Assembly: GCA_002633005.1 (NCBI GenBank)
Contig: NMRA01000383.1
Span: 322,951-386,950 of the forward strand
DNA from: Phoronis australis
Taxonomy: Eukaryota; Animalia; Phoronida
Direction of reading: 5' to 3'
DNA: 64,000 bases
How positions within the stretch are numbered: the stretch's first letter is position 1; each line of letters begins with the position of its first letter. A program made the position numbers and the translations under genes. The notes below the pieces were generated by a model that ran no database searches, had not been told where the DNA came from, and was given only the letters and a program-made list of their open reading frames with translations. Below are positions 50,161-61,700 of the stretch, piece by piece.

Positions 50161-52851
50161 CCTTTACGCGCTTTGGGGCAAAATAGTAGAAAGTCACACC
50201 GCCGGAAATCATTTCGAGGCTTTTTTATTTAATGGAAAACTAATTGACTACGTACCGGTAAACAGCATATGACCCACATTTTTTGCTGTGAAATTTGCAG
50301 TGAATTGTTTCCGTGTATGTCATTCAGCGAGTAGGGCAACGTTTCACGAATTTCTTCCGACAGGATGTTTTTTCAAACGTCAAGTTGAAAAGTTTGGCCT
50401 GCGAACAAATGGAAGGAATTCGCACTCAGAGTTATCAATCTTTGGATCTTTAACGACTTTGATGACAGTCATATAGCAAGTCAGTCCTAACAAAATCGCG
50501 GATACTGTTTCAACGAGTATTTTCTTCTTTTTCACGTTGCACGCTTAGCTAATCGAATGCATGTGTCGGTTAGAGAGCACTGATTTAACTTTCACGTCGG
50601 CAACTGCCTTGCGCTCCAAGGTACTTTCACTGGATGGCGCCAGTGAAGAATGGTAACGCAGTGCATGCATGATATGCTTGTAAGAACTCAGTTTTGCGAC
50701 ATGACATTGTAACATTTTTGATGAAAAATGTTTGAATTATGTAACGATTTATTATAAATCGATGATTAAATTTAGGAACAAATGTGTTAATTAATATCAG
50801 TTAACTATTTTGAAAGTCACAAATATTCTAGAACAGGACTTGTTATTGTAAACAACTTGTTGTGGTAAACTTGAGTATTGCACAATTTCTTCAGAAAAGC
50901 TTTAGTTCTGTTAAGTTCTCAGTGCAGTTCTGACAAACAGGATACGGTCATCAAAACATGTTTTGGAGTGGTCAACTTTAGGTGGGCTGATTCTAAGAAA
51001 CACCCACACTGATGTACTTATGCCTTGACCAGTGTCCATATGATGCTTAGTCATATCTTAGAGTATAAATATTTCTGGAGCAAACATAAGCGTCATTCTC
51101 AAAAGAAAAAGTTAGGAGACAAGGAAGCTCAGTAACTTTGGAGAATCAAGTATTTTAGGCAGATCACCGAGTCTGTAGAGTTTCAAGGAGTGTNNNNNNN
51201 NNNNNNNNNNNNNNNNNNNNNNNNNNNNNNNNNNNNNNNNNNNNNNNNNNNNNNNNNNNNNNNNNNNNNNNNNNNNNNNNNNNNNNNNNNNNNNNNNNNN
51301 NNNNNNNNNNNNNNNNNNNNNNNNNNNNNNNNNNNNNNNNNNNNNNNNNNNNNNNNNNNNNNNNNNNNNNNNNNNNNNNNNNNNNNNNNNNNNNNNNNNN
51401 NNNNNNNNNNNNNNNNNNNNNNNNNNNNNNNNNNNNNNNNNNNNNNNNNNNNNNNNNNNNNNNNNNNNNNNNNNNNNNNNNNNNNNNNNNNNNNNNNNNN
51501 NNNNNNNNNNNNNNNNNNNNNNNNNNNNNNNNNNNNNNNNNNNNNNNNNNNNNNNNNNNNNNNNNNNNNNNNNNNNNNNNNNNNNNNNNNNNNNNNNNNN
51601 NNNNNNNNNNNNNNNNNNNNNNNNNNNNNNNNNNNNNNNNNNNNNNNNNNNNNNNNNNNNNNNNNNNNNNNNNNNNNNNNNNNNNNNNNNNNNNNNNNNN
51701 NNNNNNNNNNNNNNNNNNNNNNNNNNNNNNNNNNNNNNNNNNNNNNNNNNNNNNNNNNNNNNNNNNNNNNNNNNNNNNNNNNNNNNNNNNNNNNNNNNNN
51801 NNNNNNNNNNNNNNNNNNNNNNNNNNNNNNNNNNNNNNNNNNNNNNNNNNNNNNNNNNNNNNNNNNNNNNNNNNNNNNNNNNNNNNNNNNNNNNNNNNNN
51901 NNNNNNNNNNNNNNNNNNNNNNNNNNNNNNNNNNNNNNNNNNNNNNNNNNNNNNNNNNNNNNNNNNNNNNNNNNNNNNTTGTATTTGATAAAAACAAATG
52001 CTGTTGATATGACATTTAATAGTCTTTTTGCACATATTTGACATTTTAATGTTTAACAACACGGCAAATGCACGGCTGGTTCCCGGCAGCACGTACGCGA
52101 AGGGCGGGAACTTCAGCTTTCAAAGTTCGCCGGTAGGTCCGCAACTTCTGACCTTCGGCCTGGTTAAAAAAATGAAAAAGTTGAGTTCACGATTTTGGGA
52201 ACTGAAATAGGGACTGCTCGAAGAAAAAGTTTCATAACGGGAGTATTTGTTCGAGTTGGAAGGAATTAAACACATCGACAACCTCCTAAGGTGTTCCTCT
52301 ATGCGCAAAAGGTATTTGTAACAACGTGACTTTGATGGTTTAGTCGGTGCGAGGCATAATTCGCGCCTATAGCCTCTACATCGCCTCTGCTTCGGGCGAA
52401 CAGAGGCGATGGTCATTGCCTACTGTTCAACATGACACGTCTGGGACGTTTATAGTAACCTATACCATGTAATAACTACTTACCGAAAACCACATTAAAA
52501 CAAATGAGTTTGATAACAGACAACGTCAGGTAGACATATAACCCGTCTGGAAATAAGTAGTTACGGGTGGTGAAGCGCAGAACAATGAATAAGCTCCTGA
52601 AACTTGTTCAAGTTGCCCGCGGAAATTCTTTCACCAAAACATGCATTCGACTTAAATTGTTGATGTGCCCTTTTATTGTCTAATAATTGAGATTAGTAAT
52701 AACAGTTTATCTATATTAGCTTTATCACAACCTCTGAATTATTTCATTTCTACATATAACATGACTGCAGTTTTCTATTCGATGAGGGTAATTCACCTTA
52801 TATCGTCCCCAAACCCCTAGATGGCGCTGATGAGCCATTTGATCAAAATTG

Positions 52852-52861
52852 GGGAATTTCC
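52852..52861. promoter_or_regulatory. Canonical NF-kB (kB) site 80 bp upstream of the CARD-DD start codon
   Basis: GGGAATTTCC fits GGGRNWYYCC. Further sites in intron 1: GGGAAAACCC 53203-53212 and GGAATTTCCC 53332-53341. Confidence 0.55.
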
Positions 52862-52940
52862 TTCGACCTTTGGCTTGGGATATCGTGTTTGGAACTTTGG
52901 CTTCGGTGTAATTTGTGACAAAATGCCTTAAAATAAAACA

Positions 52941-55900
52941 ATGGATGACTTGAAAGAAACTCCCAGACTACCGGAATTATATGCCAGTGTTCTGAGGTAC
53001 CATGAACCTATTTTAGTGAAGGAAATGAATGTCATGATAACATTACGTGAGCTCGTAAATGTAAGTATAAATAACACTAAGGACTAAGACCAAGCAATGG
53101 CAAAAAGACCTTTTCGAGTGACATTGTCAGTTGTCGTGCCATGGTCAAGCCAATTTGGAGTAAAGCAGCTGATAGTGGCTAATTCATTCCCAGTTTTCCA
53201 CTGGGAAAACCCAAGTGTTGTTAACGCCTCGAATGAAGCCAATAGATTTTCCAGGAAACTTGATTACTGTAACTAATACTACTAACCTGTTAAAGTCAGT
53301 TGCTGCTGTCACGTCAGAACTGGTTAGGTATGGAATTTCCCAGACCGTTCTAAAATTGACTTAAATATACATGTCTGTGAACAGTTGTCGTTAAGTTGCT
53401 TGCAAATTTCTTAGAGACTGGAACAAAAGTTTTATCTCAAGTTAAGAAAGGTAATTTAAAAACATTTATTTTCAATTCTTCACAGCAGAGTGTATTTACG
53501 GAAGAAGAGGAAAAGGTTGTTTGTGGTGAAGTGAACCTCATGGGACGAGCTAAGCAAATAATAAACATTTTAAAAACGAAAGATAAAGTGAGTTTCAACA
53601 CTTTTGTTGGAATACTTCGCAACACCAACCAAGAGAATTTGGCTACAAAATTACTAGAAGATATTGCTCAAGGTATGATGGTTGATTCTTTGACAGGGTT
53701 ACCTGATGACATTAAAGGAGAATGCCACCCGATTTAATTAGTCTTTTTTGCCGTCTTAATCGGTCTATATCCACATTGTCTCGAATACGGTCGACCTTAC
53801 CTTTATGCCAAGAGGTGTCGTGTTAACCTGTGAGGAAGATGAGAAACGATGCTAGCGACCCCCCACCCCCTAAAATTCTACCAGATTCCATTTGGCAGTA
53901 GGGGGTGCGAATGTCTGACTGGCAAAATCCTGGCTAATACTCTGCCCTGCCCNCTAATTCAAAATCCTGGATCCGCTCCTGCTGTAACCCCTGGGATTCT
54001 ATCACAAACATTTCGGTCGCATTATGCAGTTGGCAATTTGGCCAACTGATCAAAGGACTGCTAGGAGAAAAAATTGGTTGTGAGAGTAACCAAACTTGTT
54101 TGAGTTGGAAGACATCGACGGCCTCTTAATGTGTTCCTCAATGTGCAAAAGTTACTTATAACAGCATAACGTTGATGTTTTAAACAGGGTGAGGAATATC
54201 CCGGCGAAAATCTTCCTGCTTATGAAGCTGCTATAGGAGCTCCACTGTCTCTAGCTAGAGACAGTGGTCATTATCTGAGTTTCACTATGAACAGTCATGA
54301 CAGAGTTAGAGGACCTCCAGGCTAGCAATGATTCTTTTCCTCATAATGAGACTTCAGACTAGAGAGTATGCATGAAACTGTCAGGCTGTCAGTTGCGTTC
54401 TGACAAAAACACCAGCATAGGTCCCAGGTCACATATTTTTTACCAAAATGCTGTCAAAATAATTTTCCATGTCGCGGCACTCCATTAAAAAATGTTGGTG
54501 CATTTTCAGGCAATGCAACATGCAATGTAGGGCACACCACTCTGCGGAGTAAAAACAGCCTTGAAACAAGTGTAGTTTTCGTTAATTAATGCTTTTTTTG
54601 CTATTTAATATTACTGCACTTCTTGTCTAGGAGGAAGTTTGCCTTGCCCGACACAAATCGAAGAGGACCGTGCGTTGACGAGTAGTTCAGGTATACATGT
54701 TGTTCAGGTCACGTTGTTTTGAATGACTATTGATTGCGTGGCATTCTAGTTGTAACATCATGATTCATTAAAAATGACATTTCGTTTGCTCTTAACAGCC
54801 ATAACGGACAGTCTCTCCAATAGAGGACAGTCCAATGTAGCATAAGGTGTCAGTCTGTAGAACAATTGTCCCAAGCTCTTGGTAGTGACAGGGATGTACC
54901 TAGGCCTGAAAAGTCGGGTCGCCAGCTGAGAGACTGAGTCAGAAAGTCAAGCCATACATACAAAAGTTAGGTCGCCAATTTTTAAGTTAATTGCATTATG
55001 CTTTTCTGAATACATGTTTTGTGTTGGCACAGCTGGCAAAGATGTAGCCAGTTTTGTTCAAAAATTGATGTCAGGATCTACACTGTGGCTGAGCTAGGAT
55101 AGATGCAGTGTCTAGGTGGACAGTGTGACATGGTCAGGAGAAGTTGCTCGCTTTTCACTCAGACACTGATGCTGTGGTTACAGGCGTTCAGTACGCACTG
55201 AGTCCTTTGATTCTGCAGCAGTTACTTTAATTTGAAAACCTAAGGCAAGATGAGTGAAGGGAAACATGTGTCTCATTGACATTTTTTGTTTTAAAAAATT
55301 ATGTTACACTTACGAAATGTCAGAATAAATCGTTTGCATCACCGAGAAACTGCGGAATGTAGGTTTCTCGGCTATTGGGTGAAAGCACTGTTAACCAGTT
55401 ATAATGGCAATAGAGCTAACACACTGACAGTGAGTCAATCTACCTGTGTCACGTACTGGAAAAAGAGATCATTCGAAGGATTCCACATGACCTGACCATG
55501 CCTGTGGGAAACTTTGCACGAGGGCTGATGGCTTAGTAAAAACACCGGAATGACGAGGTAGTTTTTCACTCCACTCAGAAAAAATGACAGCATGCCTAAT
55601 TGCAAAGAGGTTCTACTTCCTCATTGCTGACTGGGTAAGAAAAATAAAGTCAATTAACTGACACCAGCTTTACATTCACATTAACATAAAAATACAGAAA
55701 ATAGAATTCTTACATGTCTTGAAAATATGCTGTTAAAATTATTAAGATATAAAGATTGCATTATTAGTAGTCCTCAAGATTAATGTTTTTGTGAATTTTT
55801 GAAAATAGGCCCATGGATGCATATTCAGAAAACAACCTTTCAAAAAAATCAAATGAAACCAGGTAAATGCCTGGGCGTGTCTTTGGGAAGGGGCGTGTCC

Positions 55901-58719
55901 TTGGGAAGGGGCGTTTCCTTGGGAAGGGGCGTGTCCTTGGGAAGGGGCGTGTCCTTGGGAAGGGGCGTGTATTTTCATTTCAAACATGATACAGTTTCAA
56001 AACAAGGGGTCATATTTCACTCATCAAGCTGTTTTTAAAGTAAATAAAATTAAAGTGAACAGCTCCTCTCTGAACGTGGTTAGTTCGTAAAGGGACTATA
56101 GATTTTTACTGAAATAGAATCTACCATAAATTTAGAAGCGATGACAAATGTTTTTGTCCATTTTTTAAACCAATCATTAGTCTGACAGTTGTGCATTTTT
56201 TAAAAATATACATATCCTTTGAATGTATATAGCTGTTTTTCACTTAAAAGAATTTTATTTGACTGTACTTATTTGGCAGTCGGCATGCACAATGCGTTAA
56301 AACTGTCCTTCATGCTGTGCAAATACCATTTACTTAGTTACCAACAGAGTTGTGTTATTTGAGTAAAATCGTGATTGTGAAATAGAATAGCTTGTCAAAG
56401 GAAGGAAATTTTGAATCAAAGTATATGAATTACTTATTTTAGAACAATCCATCAAACTTTTAGAACATGCAAACAGTTCATGCTCATGCGCGTACTTTTG
56501 GTAAGCATTCCAAAAATACATCCTAGGGCATACTAATTTGGTTGGGTCTTTTTTCAAAGTTCAGGCCAAAAGATTGTAAAATACATCCCAGGGCATGTTT
56601 TTCGTTGGGTCTTTTTTCAAAGTTCAGGCCAAAAGATTGTAAAATACATCCTAGGGCATGTTTTTGGTTGGGTCTCTTTTCAAAGTTCAGGCCAAAAGAT
56701 TGTAAAATACATCCCAGGGCATGTTTTCGGTTGGGTATTTTTTCAAAGTTCAGGCCAAAAGATTGTAAAATACATCCTAGGGCATACTTTTGGTTGGGTC
56801 TTTTTTCAAAGTTCAGGAAAAAAGATTGTAAAACTCATTGAAGCTTTAGTCAATAATTAAATTTAGGCCATAGGAAAGAACATGTTGAGCATTTGATTCC
56901 CAAAATGTTGGTTTTCTAGGTCAGATTTTCTTATTCGTGGGTATTAAGTTGCAATTGTCGTTAATAAATCAGAGAAAAATGTTGGAAAATACAAGATAAT
57001 TATGTGGTTGGTGAAGCTGCGCAGGACGTACATATTGCAGATTTTCATCGACATCAGGTTTTTCATGAATGTTTTTGAGGACTTTAACCTGTGTTATTTA
57101 ATGGAATGTTATAAAGATAATTACAGGTGGTCTTGTACACGTTGCAGAAGACGTGCGCAGGCCGCTCATGTGGACCCATATTGCACTGATCACTTGAAAC
57201 CATTTTTATGCTTTCTAAAACTGAGCTGAGGAGCTAGAGATCTGACTCAAGGGTCTGACTGCTTGCCCCAGTGTGAGTCGAGTAAAGGAAGCTTACACTT
57301 ATCTTACTGAGCCACTCTCACCGCCTTCTCTGTTAAGTGTTCATTCATTTTTCCATTAGATTCTATGGACTGTGACAGTGAGATGTCGACGAGGTCATTT
57401 TCATTTAAAGTGAACGTTGATGCAGATAGCATGACTCAAGACGAAGCCGGTGTCACCACAGTAGGAACAACATGGTCCATGGAATCAAATGCTTCAGATG
57501 AATCCAAAAAAGAAGGTGTAAAATTGGTATGCAAGCTTGTGTTTTTGTTAACATTTTGTTTGGCTTTTGCTTCTGTTTTGTTTTCTTTTAGAAACTAGCT
57601 TCATCAACGGAGCCTCACAACAGGCTTGCCTCACCATATTGTGATGACCATTTGTTGAATAATTTCTTTCTCTGTCGATTTGTTCTAAAAAACCATCTCA
57701 CAGCATGAAAGTGTTCCATTGATCTAACAGTTTTGTGTTTGTTGAGATCTTCTTCATGAATTTCAGCCCCAACAAGAAGCTGGTTCCAACAAGTCATCTA
57801 AGCCCACTGCTGGGCCCAGTTTTATCCAAGAAGCAACCTCAGCCTCATCACCGGCCGTGTCTCCTCAGAAGGACAAGCAGTTGGTTTACCAGCCAGACCT
57901 TGCCATTATTGATCTGCCCGTGGATGTAAGGCAGGAGTTAGTGGATGCCCTGAGTTTAGAACGGCCTAATGGTAAGGCAAGGGTGCTCTGAACTATGTTA
58001 GTATTCAGTTTAATAGGACATACGTTGACTAGCATGTGAATTCTTTTTGATCAAATTTGTCAACAAAAAGAAAATTTAGGTTTGCCGCTGATCCACACAT
58101 TGTTAGGTTGAGGACAAAATAATACATTACGGATGTCCAGAATTACAGAACAATACTTGGATCTTGTACTAATTGATGCTTCAATATCTGTCAAGCACTT
58201 TAATAGTCTTGTTTTTCTGCCATTGTATTTGCAAATGTTATTTCTTGATTTTATTTGAGCTGCAACTCTGGCGGTAGATAAGTGGAAGTGAAGGGGTGTT
58301 GTTTTCTGACATGATATCTAGAATCAGCCTCACAGTTCCAAAACGAGGCCAGTGCACTTTCCTTCCTCCATGACAAAGAATCTTATGATATTAATAATCC
58401 CAATACATTCTGCTTGAGGATTTTGGTGAAGGAGGAAGTTTTTTTATTGTGGCATGTTAAACATCAAGAAAAGGTCATGAATAAATATGTCTGCTTCTTG
58501 TTAACAGGGAAAGACTGGCGTGTTCTTGCCCGTTACACAAAATGTACGCCACAGAATATTGCTTTGCTGAAGCAGAACCATGTTCACAAGAATGCTGCTG
58601 AACAAATACTTAGGGATTGGGAAGTAAGCAATGACGCCACTGTTGGGAAACTGTGCGAAATATTAGAAAACAATGACATGGGACAAATTGCCAAGATTTT
58701 GAAAATGCCTGTTCCATAA
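52941..58719 (+). CDS. CARD - low-complexity linker - death domain adaptor protein, 6 exons, ~316 aa
   Basis: Phase-consistent exons 52941-53060, 53486-53672, 54631-54690, 57360-57526, 57767-57971 and 58508-58719 (951 nt). The N-terminus LRYHEPILVKEMNV..LVNQSVFTEEEEK..RAKQIINILKTKDKVSFNTFVGILRNTNQENLATKL is CARD-like. The C-terminus DLPVDVRQELVDALSLERPNGKDWRVLA..AAEQILRDWE..ATVGKLCEILENNDM is a death domain. Confidence 0.82.
55872..55970. repeat. G-rich minisatellite, 18-bp unit x5
   Basis: (GGGGCGTGTCCTTGGGAA)n. Confidence 0.9.
56514..56832. repeat. Minisatellite, 63-bp unit x5
   Basis: (AAAATACATCCyAGGGCAT..TTT.GTTGGGTCTTTTTTCAAAGTTCAGGCCAAAAGATTGT)n, which gives the 21-aa repeat in ORF 56542-56841. 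Confidence 0.9.
57124..57325 (-). mobile_element. tRNA-derived SINE, decayed copy
   Basis: Shares GGCCGCTCAT.TGG.CCCAT, GAGCT.GAGA.CTGACTCAAGGGTC and CTTATCT.ACT.AGCCAC with 32843-33062. Confidence 0.6.
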
Positions 58720-61700
58720 TGGAGTGATCTGTCTGTGAATTGTTCTATCTGGTGAATGTTCACTTGTGAACAGTGTATGACCATCTGTGCTGAGCATAGA
58801 CAGAGAGACACGAGCTCAGCTGGCTGCCTACTGTAACAGTTTGCTGACCACATAGCTCACATGATGGTGCGATAGAGCTACAGTAATTGAAAGAACTACC
58901 TGGTAATTCAGTCAATTGTTTTCACCATGATGTGACATCAGCTAACTAAAACCAAAGGCAGTTAGCTCATTTTCTAACTCTTTTTCTGTGCTGAGCCTTA
59001 GAGCCAATTGTATCAGTTGAACTGTTATTTTCTGATATTTAGTTATGTAACCAAGTCTTGCCTGGGTTAACTCTTGTTTCATTGTGCATAATTTCGTCAG
59101 ACACCATATCAACACGGTGCGAGTGTGTGTATGAATGGCGCATGAAAGTCCTTCCCCATCACCCTTTTTCCTGTTCACTTACATTTGAATGCCTTTACAA
59201 TATTTATTGTTTAATATTATATACTTTTGCAAAAGCTGAATCTGAGGCTCCCAACCACAAGACTGGCTTTGTGATATTTTCTGGGCAATAAATGATTATA
59301 AAAAGATTTTAAAAAATCAATATACACTGGGTCAGGACCCGTGTGGGAATTGATGGCAATGAAAATGCAGACAGACTCGTAAACATAGGAGCCATTGTTC
59401 TGCATTGTGCACCTGAACCTGCTATCTGGGTATCCTACTGATGCTGCAGGGTGAGTATTACAATTTACATACCCAGTCAGAAGCCCAGTGGACATCACTT
59501 AACTTCTGCAGAGAAACCAAGGAGAATTTTCCAATATGATCAAACTAAAAGGTTTAAAAAAGCCTCTACGTGTTGATAGCTTGGACATAACATATGTCAT
59601 TCAAATTTTGATGGGCCACTGTAACCTTGCCTGATACAGACGCATTACTGGGCATATGGGGTGCCCATTGTGTCCCGAGTATGGTACTCGCTGACGTAGA
59701 ATCTCCTAAACACCTGGCAGAGTCTTGCCCAGTTTTTTTATAGGCATCGGAGCAACCTACTGGATGGCACTGTTACATTCCTCTCACATATAGTGTATGG
59801 CAACAAATTGAAAAGTATGCCCGTTTTCTTAAAGGAGACTGGCAGACTTGAAAACTTCCTTTACTAAGAACCATAAGGGTGCTCTCTCGTGTTTTTAGGT
59901 CAGGTGTTCGGTGCAGTGGGTGCACCTCTGATGCGTTGCAAATGACATCAGGCCTCCTGCACTTTTTTGAAGTCTTGCCAAAGGTCTCTTATAAAATATG
60001 TAAATGTATTATCACAAGCCTGATAGAGGGGAAATAATGAAATTTGTCTAGCTTTTGAATGTCTTGAGGTGACGTTGATCATCATTGACCCTGTTTTGGC
60101 ATTTTCCCTACATCAAAGTTATCTACCTTGCTGCAACTATAAGCTTATGTTTGGTCAAAGAAACTAAATCTTGTAATTACGGTCACTTACTGATTTGGAA
60201 CTGACCTCAACTTGTTCTTACAGTAACTCAGGTGAGAAATGATCTTCCTTTTGCCCATGCTCAGTGCATTATATAACCTGGCCATTAAAACTAATATATG
60301 GAGCCTAGTCTCCAACAATAACCAACCTTTCATGCCCAGAAATAACTTGTAATTCCACTAAGGACCAATGTGTGGCACTTTGGTATGTGGTCTGATTCAA
60401 AAGTTATGGAACTGGTGTACAGTGGCAGTAGATCCGCTTCATAAAATTACAAAATAGAGATTCGTCTGGCTGCTTTGAACCTACTTCAAGTGGACTGCAT
60501 GTTTCCCAAGCGTGAATTTGTGTTTCCATTTGTAGTGTGATTGCAAACAACATGTGTGGTTGTATCAGGTTACCGTATATCTGTGTTCTTAGGCCCAGAA
60601 ATCTATGTCTGATAGGGTGTGTGTTTTCATGTAAAATTTTGTTTGCATTAAAAATTGGTGTTCAATTTTTTCCCCTTTGTTCCTACAGTAAATGGAGAGA
60701 AAATAAAACTCACAGGAAGTAGATTCAACCCGATCGAGGGTTTTTTATCAAGTAAGGTGAAATTCGACTAACTGAAGGGCTGAGGGCGCAAACTAGAACA
60801 ACTCTTCTTTGGTTCAATGTCTGGGTGAAGCAAAAATCCATCTTATAGCGGTCTGACTTATGTGAATTTTACCACAGTCAGTCTTTCAGGTCTGGGATCT
60901 TTCATGGTCAGTTAAAAACAAAACTGACTTGAGCGAACCTCAGTTGCTGGTGGGGGGCACATTTGTACCCAGGGCACTCCCTTAGCAACGGGCATGAATT
61001 TTCTTTATTTTTCATTTGATAGTTATTCTTCATTTTTATATAGATTAACCTCTACCATTCTGTAACAATTACATGTATGTCCAATTTCACTGGCATAATA
61101 TATTTCAAAAGTTCCTCCTTTTTGTTCAAGTATTTCCTATATAGACTCATGCCCATAAATTAAGGCTATAGTTAACTTCACAGACATGGGCCTAGGTGCA
61201 CATATATGGTAACCCATGCTGTGATAAAAATATTTTTTATAAAATTTGTTCGTTTTTTTCTATGATTTTATTTTTCTAATTTTTTTACTTTTATTTATTT
61301 ACAACAGCTGATGAGTATTTTTTCACCTGTGTTTTAGTAGAGATGTTCTGGAAGTGCAGTCTGTTGATAAGGACGGTATTTGGGAGTGAACAATGTAATT
61401 AAGACATAGCCCAGCAGCAAGCAGTGGAAGGAGGAATTGTTAGACGTTTGTAAATTAGATACTTATAACTTATATGAACAAGGCTTGATTATTTATGGAA
61501 ACCTATGTTACAAGTGTGAAAAGCTGAAAGTATTTAACTACAAGCTACATGTAGAAAGCAAGACGTGAAAACTCCTAGAGAGAATAAACTAATATATACT
61601 GTATGTAATCTATATATTGTAGAAGACTGATGAATATCATTGTTTGATCCAGTGTCCACTTTATGGCAACCCAAGAACAACTTTCAAGATAGTTGAAAAC

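Noticed and set aside
51112-52092. Long ORFs of 283-326 aa in the ORF track
   Set aside because: They consist almost entirely of the N-gap 51194-51978.
56542-56841. Repetitive 99-aa ORF (also 23507-23807 and 55742-56038)
   Set aside because: These are translations of intronic minisatellites with unit lengths divisible by 3, with no splice support.
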